Shown here: in pieces, positions 17,250 to 25,631 of the stretch
How positions within the stretch are numbered: position 1 is the first letter of the stretch
How the letters are laid out: every line of letters starts with the position of its first letter
NCBI GenBank assembly: GCA_965216675.1
Contig: CBDCGK010000004.1
Span: forward strand, 5,071,650 to 5,135,649
Direction: 5' to 3'
Length of the DNA stretch: 64,000 nucleotides
Origin: Acidimicrobiales bacterium
GTDB taxonomy: Bacteria; Actinomycetota; Acidimicrobiia; Acidimicrobiales; SZUA-35
Notes under the pieces: model-generated
What the model was told of the DNA's origin: nothing
Database searches by the model: none
Seen by the model: the letters and a program-made list of their open reading frames with translations, nothing else
Position numbers and translations under genes: made by a program

Positions 17250-18674
17250 ATGATGGCAATGGCCATCGCGACTCGACACCGACCCGTCGTCGACGCACCC
17301 ACCGGTGACGGTTCGTCCGGACCCAGCGGCGTGTTTCGTCGCCGCGCGTTCGTCATCGTCTGCGACGTCGCCGCCCTGGTCGCCGGCGGTCTGATCGCCA
17401 TCCGGGCGAACCCGACCGACGCCCTGCAACCGTGGATTGTCGGGCTCCATGTCTCGGCGTTCTGGGCCTTCATCATGGCGTCGAACCTGTACAACTCGCG
17501 GCTGGCCAGCGACCGCAATGAGGAGCTGGCCCGGGTTGCCCGCAGCGGCATACGGGCAGTCGTTCTGATCGGTCTCGTCACGCTCGCCGTGGAGGTCGAC
17601 GTCGGCCTCCGGTCGATCACCGTGCTGCTGTTGTCGACGGTGAGCACCGTCGCGTTGGTGCGGGAGGGGCTCCGGCGCTGGTTTTCCCGCCGCCGTCAGG
17701 CCGGGCACGGCCTCTGGGGTTCGGTGTTGGTGGCAGGCGAGGTTGCCGGCGCGGATTTCCGCCACCGGATCGAAGCCGACGAGTCCAGTCCTCACACCGT
17801 GTTGGCCCATGTCGATCCCGACGAGTGTGGAACCGCCGAGGAGTTGGTGGTGAGAACAGTCGCCGCGGCCCGGGCATCGGGTGCCCAGGGCGCAATCGTG
17901 GTCGAGTCGTTGATCGACGCCCCGACGGCCAATGCGCTGGTTCGGGGTCTCCTTCAGGCCCATCTCTACGTCGACCTCGCGTCGACGCTGGTGGACATCT
18001 CGGCCGACCGTCTGGCCACCCGCAGCCTCGGCTCGGGCATCGTCACCTGGATTGCCCCGCGACCGAAGTCCGGCTGGCGGGGTCGGGCCAAACGGCTCTT
18101 CGATGTCGTCGTCGCCTCGGCGGTGTTGGCCTTGATCAGCCCGGTGTTCGCGGCGATCGCGTTGGTGATCAAGATGACGTCTCCCGGACCGGTGTTCTTC
18201 CGCCAGGAGCGGGTCGGTCGGTACGGCGAACCGTTCGACATGTTGAAGTTCCGGTCGATGGTGGTCAACGCCGAGGAACTGCTGGCCGAGCTCCAGGTCG
18301 AGAACGAAGGCTCGGGTCCGCTGTTCAAGATGAAGGCCGATCCCCGTGTCACGTCGATCGGTCGCTTCATCCGGAAGAGCTCACTCGACGAGTTGCCTCA
18401 GCTGATCAACGTGTTGCGCAACGAGATGAGCCTCGTCGGACCCCGCCCGGCCCTTCGAGCGGAAATGGCCGACTGGGAGCCGGCCCTGTACGCCCGACTC
18501 GATGTGAAGCCGGGCATCACCGGCATGTGGCAGGTGTCGGGGCGAAGCGGTACGACGTTTGCCGAATACACGAGGCTCGACCTGTACTACGTGCACAACT
18601 GGTCGATGCTGGTCGACCTGTCGATCATGGTCCGCACCATTCCCGCGGTGCTGCGGAGTGACGGCGCCTACTGA
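17250..18674 (+). CDS. Polyprenyl-phosphate glycosyl-1-phosphate transferase (WbaP/CpsE-type priming sugar transferase)
   Basis: C-terminal bacterial sugar transferase domain (KRLFDVVVAS...PGPVFFRQERVGRYGEPFDMLKFRSM...DELPQLINVLRNEMSLVGPRP) with N-terminal TM helices. Confidence 0.85.
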   Translation: MMAMAIATRHRPVVDAPTGDGSSGPSGVFRRRAFVIVCDVAALVAGGLIAIRANPTDALQPWIVGLHVSAFWAFIMASNLYNSRLASDRNEELARVARSGIRAVVLIGLVTLAVEVDVGLRSITVLLLSTVSTVALVREGLRRWFSRRRQAGHGLWGSVLVAGEVAGADFRHRIEADESSPHTVLAHVDPDECGTAEELVVRTVAAARASGAQGAIVVESLIDAPTANALVRGLLQAHLYVDLASTLVDISADRLATRSLGSGIVTWIAPRPKSGWRGRAKRLFDVVVASAVLALISPVFAAIALVIKMTSPGPVFFRQERVGRYGEPFDMLKFRSMVVNAEELLAELQVENEGSGPLFKMKADPRVTSIGRFIRKSSLDELPQLINVLRNEMSLVGPRPALRAEMADWEPALYARLDVKPGITGMWQVSGRSGTTFAEYTRLDLYYVHNWSMLVDLSIMVRTIPAVLRSDGAY

Positions 18675-18696
18675 TCGAAACCAGGAGGTACGGCCC

Positions 18697-19281
18697 TCAG
18701 GCCACGTCGGCTGATTCCCTGTCGACCGACCAGCTCGTGAGCGACCGGCGTCGGGGTCGGCTGCGCTGCTGGTCGAGCCATATCTGATGCTGGGCCCGGA
18801 GGTTTGGCGGTAGGCGCCGGACCTGACGGTTGCTCAGCGGCGCCATCCGCCGCCGCACCACCAGCAGTTCACCGTTGCGTTGGGCCAGCCGGAAACGGCA
18901 GGCCCGGTCCAGCGCCCGCCAGAAAGGCCCGTGTTTGCCGCCCTTCATGCCGAGTCCGAGTTCGCGAGCCCACTCCAGTGGATCGAGCTCGAAACCGTCG
19001 GGTTGGCGTTCCAGCCGTGCCGCCAGCCGGCGGATCAGGAGCAGGCACGACGGGCCGAGAACCGCCAACCAGAACTGTTCAACGTAGGGCGACCGTGGAT
19101 CGTGACCGAGGCTGTCGAGTACCGGGTCGTGCCACGACGTGACCAGCAGCCGCTCCTCGGGAAAGGTGGGGCTGGCCGTCGGGCTCGTGGCGACGGCCTG
19201 GTCGGCGTCGCAGTCGGCGGTCGTCGGGACGGTGCTCTGCTGAGCGGGCATGGGTTCTTCTCCTGGTCGGTTCCGGGCCAC
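18697..19281 (-). CDS. Conserved-looking hypothetical protein, possible winged-helix DNA binder with Arg-rich tail
   Basis: 194-codon ORF; ATG 19251 (MPAQQS...) is an alternative start. The core reads SPYVEQFWLAVLGPSCLLLIRRLA...ELGLG...FWRALDRACRF. I did not recognise the family. Confidence 0.55.
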   Translation of the reverse strand: MARNRPGEEPMPAQQSTVPTTADCDADQAVATSPTASPTFPEERLLVTSWHDPVLDSLGHDPRSPYVEQFWLAVLGPSCLLLIRRLAARLERQPDGFELDPLEWARELGLGMKGGKHGPFWRALDRACRFRLAQRNGELLVVRRRMAPLSNRQVRRLPPNLRAQHQIWLDQQRSRPRRRSLTSWSVDRESADVA

Positions 19282-19378
19282 GGAGCTGGAGTGGCCATTC
19301 GGTCGAGGCTGACGGCGCAGCGAGTAGGGAAGAATCGGCGGCGCCCGGATGGCAACCGGTCATGCCGCATCGTCACGG

Positions 19379-19403
19379 TATCAACAGAATCAAAAGTAAT
19401 CAA
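19379..19403. promoter_or_regulatory. Helically phased (T/A)ATCAA x3 inside an AT-rich island
   Basis: TATCAA starts at 19379, AATCAA at 19388 and AATCAA at 19398 (9 and 10 nt spacing). They lie in the AT-rich stretch 19375-19430 of the divergent intergenic region. Confidence 0.3.
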
Positions 19404-19453
19404 GAGAAACTAGAAGAAGTCTATTCCAATGTCCCGGCGCCACGGGGTCTCGC

Positions 19454-20272
19454 TTGGACGTCGCCAACTGGTGGCGCGACCGTCGAGCCAATACCGTACG
19501 TCGGGTGAGCGACCCCAACTCCGCAGATGAACAGGCCGTCGATGCCGCCAGGCTCGTCGACACCTCCGACCGGGTTGTCGTGCTGACCGGGGCCGGCATT
19601 TCCACCGACTCGAGAATCCCCGACTTCCGTGGCCCCCAAGGTGTCTGGACCAAGAATCCCGGCGCGGAGAAGGCGGCGACCATACAGAACTACATCGCCG
19701 ACCCGCAGGTGCGCCGTCAGGCATGGCGGGTACGACTCGACAGCCCCATGTGGGCGGCCGAACCGAACCCCGGCCACCGGGCGCTCATCCGGCTGGAGCG
19801 CCGAAACAAACTCCACACGCTGATAACCCAGAACGTCGACGGGCTCCACCACGCCGCGGGATCGGATCCGTCCCGCATCGTCGAGGTTCACGGCACGGCA
19901 CGGGAAGTGGCGTGCCTCGACTGCCACTACCGCGATCCCATGCAGGTCGCCCTCGATCGGGTGCGGCTCGGGGAGGACGACCCCGACTGTCCGCTCTGCG
20001 GGGGCATCCTCAAGTCGGCCACGGTCAGCTTCGGTCAGAACCTGATTCCGGGCGACATCCGCCGGGCCAACGACGCCGCGCTCGACTGCGATCTGTTGCT
20101 GGCGGTCGGCAGCACACTCGCCGTGTTTCCGGTGGCCCGGGTCGTGCCGTTGGCCAAACAGTCGGGAGCCTCCGTCGTGATCCTGAACGGCCAGACGACC
20201 GAGATGGATCACCTCGCCGACGTCGTCGTCCGGGGCTCCATCAGCGATCTCCTGCCCGTCATCGTCGGCTGA
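19454..20272 (+). CDS. cobB: NAD-dependent protein deacylase (sirtuin, CobB/Sir2 family)
   Basis: Motifs GAGISTDSRIPDFRG and QNVDGLH, plus a zinc ribbon CLDC...CPLC. GTG 19505 is a likely alternative start. Confidence 0.85.
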   Translation: MDVANWWRDRRANTVRRVSDPNSADEQAVDAARLVDTSDRVVVLTGAGISTDSRIPDFRGPQGVWTKNPGAEKAATIQNYIADPQVRRQAWRVRLDSPMWAAEPNPGHRALIRLERRNKLHTLITQNVDGLHHAAGSDPSRIVEVHGTAREVACLDCHYRDPMQVALDRVRLGEDDPDCPLCGGILKSATVSFGQNLIPGDIRRANDAALDCDLLLAVGSTLAVFPVARVVPLAKQSGASVVILNGQTTEMDHLADVVVRGSISDLLPVIVG

Positions 20273-20329
20273 TCGGACCGCACCCGTCGCTAGAATCGAT
20301 TCGCACGGTCGCATCGAGCGGCGACCGCC

Positions 20330-21508
20330 ATGGGAAGGAAGCCGATGACGTCGTTTCGCGAGATGCTGGCGGCCACCAGGGCCCAGATCACCGAGGTCGA
20401 CCCGGCGGCCGCCCTCGACGCGATGTCGGCCGGCGCCGTGCTCCTCGACGTTCGTGAGCCCGAGGAGATCGCCCAGGGGGCGGTGCCCGGCTCGGTCCAC
20501 ATCGTACGGGGCAATCTCGAAGCGCAGGTCGAATCCCGTCTGGCCGACAAGTCGGCGCCGGTCGTCGTCATGTGCGCCGGTGGTACCCGCTCGGCCTTCG
20601 CCGCCAAGACGCTCCAAGACCTCGGCTACACCGACGTCGTCTCGATGGACGGCGGCTTCAACCGTTGGAAGGACGAGGACCGGCCGTGGACCATCCCGGC
20701 TCTCCTGACCGCCGATCAACGTCACCGCTACAGCCGCCATTTGCTGCTGCCGGAGGTCGGCGAGGAGGGTCAGCAGCGGTTGCTCGGGGCCCGCGTTCTG
20801 CTCCTCGGCGCCGGCGGGCTCGGATCACCGGCGGCTCTCTACCTGGCGGCGGCCGGAGTCGGGACCCTCGGCATCGTCGACATGGACACGGTCGACGAGT
20901 CGAACCTCCAGCGCCAGATCCTGCACAATCGGGAACGGGTGGGGGAGCGCAAGGTGGCCTCGGCCCGTCGAACACTCGAGGCGCTCAACCCCGACGTCGA
21001 GATCCTGACCTACGACACCCGCCTCGACGCCGGCAACGTCGAGGAGATCCTCACCGGCTTCGACGTGGTCGTCGACGGTGCCGACAACTTCGTCAGCCGG
21101 TATCTCCTCAACGATGCGTCGGTGAAGCTCGGCATACCGGTGGTCCACGGCTCGATCTTCCGCTTCGAGGGCCAGGTCACCGTGTTCGATCCTCGACGGG
21201 GCCCGACCTATCGGGATTTCCTGCCTCAGCCCCCGCCACCGGAACTCGCTCCGAGCTGTTCCGAGGCCGGTGTGCTCGGGGTGTTGCCCGGCATCATCGG
21301 GGCCCTGCAGGCGCTGGAGGCGATCAAGCTCGTACTCGATGTCGGCGATCCGTTGATCGGGCGGCTCCTGGCCTTCGACGCTCTGGATCTCTCGTTTCGT
21401 GAGTACAAACTCAACCCCGATCCGGCCAACGAGGTGACCTGGGCCAACCGTGACCGGATCGAGGTCGTCGAGCTCGACGGCCTGTGCGCGCCGAGTATCG
21501 GCGGCTGA
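20330..21508 (+). CDS. Rhodanese-ThiF/MoeB adenylyltransferase-sulfurtransferase (MoeZ-like, with rhodanese at the N-terminus)
   Basis: The N-terminal rhodanese domain has the active loop VMCAGGTRS. The C-terminal E1-like domain reads RYSRHLLLPEVGEEGQQRL..ARVLLLGAGGLGSPAALYLAAAGVG.LGIVDMD.VDESNLQRQ. Confidence 0.85.
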   Translation: MGRKPMTSFREMLAATRAQITEVDPAAALDAMSAGAVLLDVREPEEIAQGAVPGSVHIVRGNLEAQVESRLADKSAPVVVMCAGGTRSAFAAKTLQDLGYTDVVSMDGGFNRWKDEDRPWTIPALLTADQRHRYSRHLLLPEVGEEGQQRLLGARVLLLGAGGLGSPAALYLAAAGVGTLGIVDMDTVDESNLQRQILHNRERVGERKVASARRTLEALNPDVEILTYDTRLDAGNVEEILTGFDVVVDGADNFVSRYLLNDASVKLGIPVVHGSIFRFEGQVTVFDPRRGPTYRDFLPQPPPPELAPSCSEAGVLGVLPGIIGALQALEAIKLVLDVGDPLIGRLLAFDALDLSFREYKLNPDPANEVTWANRDRIEVVELDGLCAPSIGG

Positions 21509-21541
21509 ACAACCGGGTCTCGGCGGCCGAACGGCACCGGT

Positions 21542-21889
21542 TCAGCCGCTCCGCCGGCGGAGTTCGAGGATCTCGATGAGCTGGGCTGCGGCCGTTGTGG
21601 CGACCTCGGGCCGGCTCAGTCCGAGTCGAGCCGACAGTCGCAGGAGTGCCACCGTCGGCTCGTCGTTGCCGATCGACCAGGATCGTCCCCCGGCCCGGGC
21701 GATCGACAGGACGGCGAGGGCGAGCTCCGCCTGATAGTTGACCAACTCGTCGACGGTCCAGCGGCCCAGTTCGTCATTCAGCGCCTGCACCGTGGCAACG
21801 GCGGGGACCGAGCGACCGGCCGGCCTGTGGTCCTCGATAGACGGAGTGGACCAATATTGGCTGATTGGACTTGAAATGGATTGGATCAT
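21542..21889 (-). CDS. Hypothetical protein divergent from the MocR regulator (start uncertain)
   Basis: The ORF is open to 21991, but its upstream part overlaps the AT-rich operator-like region. ATG 21889 and GTG 21790 are candidate starts. Family not recognised. Confidence 0.35.
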   Translation of the reverse strand: MIQSISSPISQYWSTPSIEDHRPAGRSVPAVATVQALNDELGRWTVDELVNYQAELALAVLSIARAGGRSWSIGNDEPTVALLRLSARLGLSRPEVATTAAAQLIEILELRRRSG

Positions 21890-21949
21890 GAGGGCATATT
21901 GGATCGTGATGACAGCGATTGACAGTGCCAATCCGATCAAATTGGATCC
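21851..21949. promoter_or_regulatory. Cluster of ATTGG(ATC) motifs: candidate MocR operator in a divergent promoter region
   Basis: CCAATATTGG palindrome (21851-21860) and ATTGGA at 21864. ATTGGATC occurs at 21880, 21898 and 21941, with an inverted copy CCAATCCGATC at 21928. The patch is locally AT-rich. Confidence 0.4.
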
Positions 21950-23384
21950 TTCTGACCTGGCCGGCCGGCTCGGCGCCTGGTCCGAAGGCACGGGACCGCT
22001 CTACCGACAGCTGGCGACGGCATTGGCCGACCTGCTCGGTGACGGCGCCATCCGGTCAGGAACCGTGCTGCCACCCGAGCGGCGTCTGGCCGATCGCCTC
22101 TCGGTCTCGCGCGGCACCGTCGTCAACGCCTACGGGCAACTGGAGCAACGGGGTTGGATTCGCCGGGTCCAGGGTCGCGGCACAATCGTGACCGGGCCCG
22201 CCCGGTCCCAGGTCGACGGCAGCATCGCACCGCCCGACGGTGTTGGCCATCGGCTGTTCCTGCCGGCGCTGCACTCGATCGACATGCTGGTCGCAGTTCC
22301 AACGGCGCTTCCCGAAGCCCTGGACATCTGTGACCGGACCACGATTCCCCGCTCCGTGCAGATCTGCGAGAATGCCGAGCCGGCAGGGATCGATCCTCTC
22401 CGCCGCCGGGCCGCCGCCTGGTACAGCGCAGGAGGTCTGCCGACGAACCCGGAGCAGATCGTGGTCACCTCGGGTGCCCAACAGGCGATCACCCTGGCCG
22501 TCGAGGCCGTCATCCAACCGGGCGACGTGGTTCTCGTCGAAGCGTTCACGTGGCCGGGGTTGCTCGACACGATTCGGGCCAACGGGGGCCGGATCCACGC
22601 CGTGCCGATGGACGACCACGGCATCATCGTCGACGAGTTCGCGACCATGGTGGAGAGACTGCGCCCGCGGCTTGTCGCCTTGAACCCCCACAACCAGAAT
22701 CCGACCGGGTCCCGTCTGCCTGCGTCCCGGCGCGATGCGGTGGCCGACCTGTGCGTCCGTTACGGGGTCACCATTCTCGAGGATCGGGTGGCGGCTCTGC
22801 TGAACTTCGATCATCAGGTCCCGCCGCCGTTGGCCGCCGCTCCAGGTGAGTCGGCCCATGTCACCATCGACTCGTTGAACAAGTTGACCTGGCCCGGTTT
22901 GAGGATCGGTTGGATCAGAACCGACATCGGCACGGTGGCCAGGCTGCGCTCGGCCAAGGCCCGCCACGACCTCTACTCGTCGATCCCCTCCCAGCTCATG
23001 GCGCTGCAGATGATGGATGAGCTCGAGCAACTGACCGATGCCCGGAGGGCGGTGTTGGTCGAACGCTCGAACACCCTGGTGGAGGCCGTCGGACGGCGGT
23101 TGCCCGACTGGCAGTTCCGTCGCCCGCAAGGCGGGGTTGTCCTGTGGGCCAGACTGCCGGGTGGGCGGGCCGGGGCTTTCGCTCGGATAGCCCGTTCCTA
23201 CGGCGTATCGGTGGCGACGAGCGCCGAGTTCGCCGCCCACAGCGACCCTGACGAACACATCCGACTGCCCTTCACCCAGTCGCCGGAGGTGCTGGTGGCC
23301 GCCGTCGAACGCCTGACCCAGGCCTGGGAGGCGTTCGCGACCCAAGGGGCGACCTACGCCCAGCCGGCCCCGTCGATCATCTGA
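21909..23384 (+). CDS. MocR/PdxR-type regulator (GntR HTH fused to a fold-type I aminotransferase-like domain)
   Basis: The N-terminus PLYRQLATALADLL..GAIRSGTVLPPERRLADRLSVSRGTVVNAYGQLEQRGWI is a GntR wHTH. A long aminotransferase-like domain follows, with the SLNKL Lys context. The start is uncertain (21888-21942). Confidence 0.8.
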   Translation: MTAIDSANPIKLDPSDLAGRLGAWSEGTGPLYRQLATALADLLGDGAIRSGTVLPPERRLADRLSVSRGTVVNAYGQLEQRGWIRRVQGRGTIVTGPARSQVDGSIAPPDGVGHRLFLPALHSIDMLVAVPTALPEALDICDRTTIPRSVQICENAEPAGIDPLRRRAAAWYSAGGLPTNPEQIVVTSGAQQAITLAVEAVIQPGDVVLVEAFTWPGLLDTIRANGGRIHAVPMDDHGIIVDEFATMVERLRPRLVALNPHNQNPTGSRLPASRRDAVADLCVRYGVTILEDRVAALLNFDHQVPPPLAAAPGESAHVTIDSLNKLTWPGLRIGWIRTDIGTVARLRSAKARHDLYSSIPSQLMALQMMDELEQLTDARRAVLVERSNTLVEAVGRRLPDWQFRRPQGGVVLWARLPGGRAGAFARIARSYGVSVATSAEFAAHSDPDEHIRLPFTQSPEVLVAAVERLTQAWEAFATQGATYAQPAPSII

Positions 23385-23396
23385 TCGTCGGGTTCG

Positions 23397-24119
23397 TCAG
23401 GCCTGGTCGGCGGCGAGGGCGGCCTCGTGGCGGGCCACCAGGATGTCGGTCGTTCGTTGGATGTGCATTGCCGCGATGTCGCATGCGGCGTCGGCGTCGC
23501 GGGCCAATGTCGCGTCGAGGAGTGCCTGGTGTTCGGACTGCACGTCGCGGGTGTTCGTGGGATCGGTGAGCGCCATGCGCCGGTATCGCTGTGTGTGGTG
23601 ATGGAGAATATTCAGCATGTGGGGGATCCAACGCGATCCGCACGCCGCGGTCGTCGCATTGTGGAATTGGTGATTTCGCCGCTCCCACTCTGCGGGAGCG
23701 CCCTCGAGCTTCCGGTTGACCGCTTCCTGTGCCTTGGTGAGGCGATGGAAGGCGGCGACGATGTTGGCCTCCCAGTCGTCGTCGCCGGACGCGATCGACT
23801 TGCGGAGCGCGTCGGTTTCCAGGATGATCCGCGTGTTGCTGAGGTCCTGTAGGTCGGCAAGAGAGATCGGCGACACGGTGAAGCCACGCTGACCCTGGGC
23901 GTTGACGTAGCCGTCCGGCAGGAGGAGCGACAGCGACTCCCTGATCGTCGACGACCCGACGCCATACCGTCGTCGCAGGTGGTCGATTGCGAGCTTCTCG
24001 CCGGGTTCCAGCGCACCGGAGACGATGTCCTCCCGGATGGCATTGACCGTCTCCTCGACCCGCGTCAGCGGCACAGGCGAACCGACTTCCTGATTCACAG
24101 GATCGACGTCGATGCTCAT
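23397..24119 (-). CDS. GntR family transcriptional regulator, FadR/FCD subfamily
   Basis: 240 aa. The wHTH reads IREDIVSGALEPGEKLAIDHLRRRYGVGSSTIRESLSLL, followed by an all-helical FCD-like C-terminal domain. It is divergent from the phenol operon. Confidence 0.85.
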   Translation of the reverse strand: MSIDVDPVNQEVGSPVPLTRVEETVNAIREDIVSGALEPGEKLAIDHLRRRYGVGSSTIRESLSLLLPDGYVNAQGQRGFTVSPISLADLQDLSNTRIILETDALRKSIASGDDDWEANIVAAFHRLTKAQEAVNRKLEGAPAEWERRNHQFHNATTAACGSRWIPHMLNILHHHTQRYRRMALTDPTNTRDVQSEHQALLDATLARDADAACDIAAMHIQRTTDILVARHEAALAADQA

Positions 24120-24248
24120 CGGGTTGCCTTTCGATCGGGACCGAACCAGACGCTCGGGAACGACTCGTCCGGGCAGGTCGTGTCGTAACGGCCCGGCATT
24201 TCTTCTGACATGTTAGTCGAACAACCCACGGGGCCGCGAAAACTCTGA

Positions 24249-24264
24249 GATATTGAAAAATATC
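24249..24264. promoter_or_regulatory. Palindrome GATATT-gaaa-AATATC, candidate operator
   Basis: Perfect 6-bp arms read directly, inside an AT-rich island just upstream of the -35-like hexamer of the phenol operon. Confidence 0.35.
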
Positions 24265-24275
24265 AGATGTTTTGC

Positions 24276-24304
24276 TTGACTGTCTGTTGATCGCTGCGTA
24301 GGGT
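24276..24304 (+). promoter_or_regulatory. Candidate sigma-70-type promoter of the phenol hydroxylase operon
   Basis: TTGACT (24276-24281), a 17-nt spacer, then TAGGGT (24299-24304). The GGGGAGG RBS lies at about 24320 and the ATG at 24333. Confidence 0.45.
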
Positions 24305-24332
24305 TCGAAGAAGTCAACCGGGGAGGTCGGAC

Positions 24333-24632
24333 ATGACCGATTGGGGCGAGGCAACCGTTCGGGTCACCGGCGTGCGACGCGCACGGTTCGTCGAATTCGA
24401 TTTCTCGCTCGGTGATGAGTTGGTCGTCGAACTCGTCCTGCCGTACCGGGAGTTCCGTGATTTCTGCGCCGAACGTCAGGCCGAGATGTTGCCCGCCGAG
24501 GGTGACGCTGCGCTCCAGTACCTGCAACTCGGTGCGACGGCCTCGGAGTCCGCTACGTCCACAACGCCCACAACGCCCGGGCCCCCGGGCTCATCGAACC
24601 GGCCTGGCGCCGGTGAGGAGGACACGACATGA
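24333..24632 (+). CDS. dmpK: Phenol hydroxylase P0 assembly subunit (DmpK-like)
   Basis: The core VRVTGVRRARFVEFDFSLGDELVVELVLPYREFRDFC matches the DmpK family pattern. There is an ATGA overlap with the next gene. Confidence 0.8.
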   Translation: MTDWGEATVRVTGVRRARFVEFDFSLGDELVVELVLPYREFRDFCAERQAEMLPAEGDAALQYLQLGATASESATSTTPTTPGPPGSSNRPGAGEEDTT

Positions 24633-25621
24633 CGATCGAGATCAAGGCCGAGAGTTTCACCCCGAGGCGATCCACCTTCAGCCATGTGGCCCGCCGCTAC
24701 GGAGAGGATCGCCCGGCATCACGGTATGACGAGGCCACCCTCGACGTTCAGGCCACGACGAACTTCCACTACCGCCCGCTGTGGGCACCCGAGTACGAGA
24801 TCTTCGACACCCGTCGAACCGCGGTGGTGATGGAGGACTGGTACGCCTTCGCCGATCCGCGCCAGTTCTACTACGCCACCTACAACATCAGCCGCGCCGC
24901 CATGAACGCCGCCGCCGACCGAGCGTTCGAGTTCGTCGAGGATCGCGACCTGGTCGGCCGAGTCGATCCCGAGTGGCTCGACACGGTGCATCACTATCTG
25001 GTTCCGCTGCGCCACTACGAATGGGCCGCCGACCTGAACTCGTTGCGGATCACCGACTACGGCTACGGCACGAGGGTCACCAGCGCCGCGATGTTCGCCG
25101 CCTGCGACCGGCTCGGCATGGCCCAGCTGATCACCCGGATCGGCCTCGTGCTCAACGGCAACACCGACGAGGGCCTCGAGCGGGGCCGAGCGGCCTGGCT
25201 CGAAGCCGACGACTGGCAGGGCGTCCGCCGCATGGTCGAAGACTCCCTGGTGGTCGAGGACTGGTTCGAGACCTTCATCGCCCAGTACCTGGCCGCCGAC
25301 GGCATCATGCACCCGCTCGTCTATGGCGTCTTCGACGACGCCGGCCTCGAAAAGGGCGGCACCGCCGTGTCGATGATGTGCGAGTTCATGGTCGACTGGA
25401 TGAAGGACAACGCCCGCTGGGTCGACGCCCTCGTCAAGGTGGCCGCCGAGGAGTCGACCGAGAACGCCGACCTGATCAGCGGATGGTATCGGACCTGGCG
25501 CGACCGTGCGGTGGAGGCGGCAGGCCCCCTGGCCGTCACGGTGCTCGGGGGCGACGGCGCCGTCGCCACGATCAGTGAAGCACTCGACGCCAGGGCCAAG
25601 AGCCTCGGCCTCGCCGTCTGA
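24629..25621 (+). CDS. dmpL: Phenol hydroxylase P1, hydroxylase beta subunit (DmpL-like)
   Basis: 330 aa. Its position and ferritin-like helical pattern are typical of non-catalytic beta subunits of diiron aromatic monooxygenases. Confidence 0.85.
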   Translation: MTIEIKAESFTPRRSTFSHVARRYGEDRPASRYDEATLDVQATTNFHYRPLWAPEYEIFDTRRTAVVMEDWYAFADPRQFYYATYNISRAAMNAAADRAFEFVEDRDLVGRVDPEWLDTVHHYLVPLRHYEWAADLNSLRITDYGYGTRVTSAAMFAACDRLGMAQLITRIGLVLNGNTDEGLERGRAAWLEADDWQGVRRMVEDSLVVEDWFETFIAQYLAADGIMHPLVYGVFDDAGLEKGGTAVSMMCEFMVDWMKDNARWVDALVKVAAEESTENADLISGWYRTWRDRAVEAAGPLAVTVLGGDGAVATISEALDARAKSLGLAV

Positions 25622-25631
25622 GAGGAGAACC

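Noticed and set aside
19454-20272. The Sir2-domain gene as a possible anti-phage SIR2 effector (Thoeris/DSR-like), given that a SLOG-like domain also occurs elsewhere in the window.
   Set aside because: It is a compact canonical sirtuin (~255-270 aa) with the CxxC...CxxC zinc ribbon and the GAGIS/QNVD motifs of protein deacylases. It has no fused sensor or effector domain and no partner gene typical of defence systems. The SLOG-like domain lies 17 kb away in an RNase HI gene.
21400-21508. The rhodanese-ThiF protein ends in ...CAPSIGG, reminiscent of the Gly-Gly terminus of ubiquitin-like sulfur carriers (possible E1-Ubl fusion).
   Set aside because: Only about 35 residues follow the adenylation domain, which is too short for a beta-grasp fold. 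No ThiS/MoaD-like pattern is visible, so this is probably coincidental.
24296-24315. GTAGGGTTCGAAGAAG resembles a tRNA T-arm (GGTTCGAA).
   Set aside because: No acceptor-stem, D-arm or anticodon-arm complementarity is present in the flanks. The segment fits a -10 hexamer plus 5' UTR instead.
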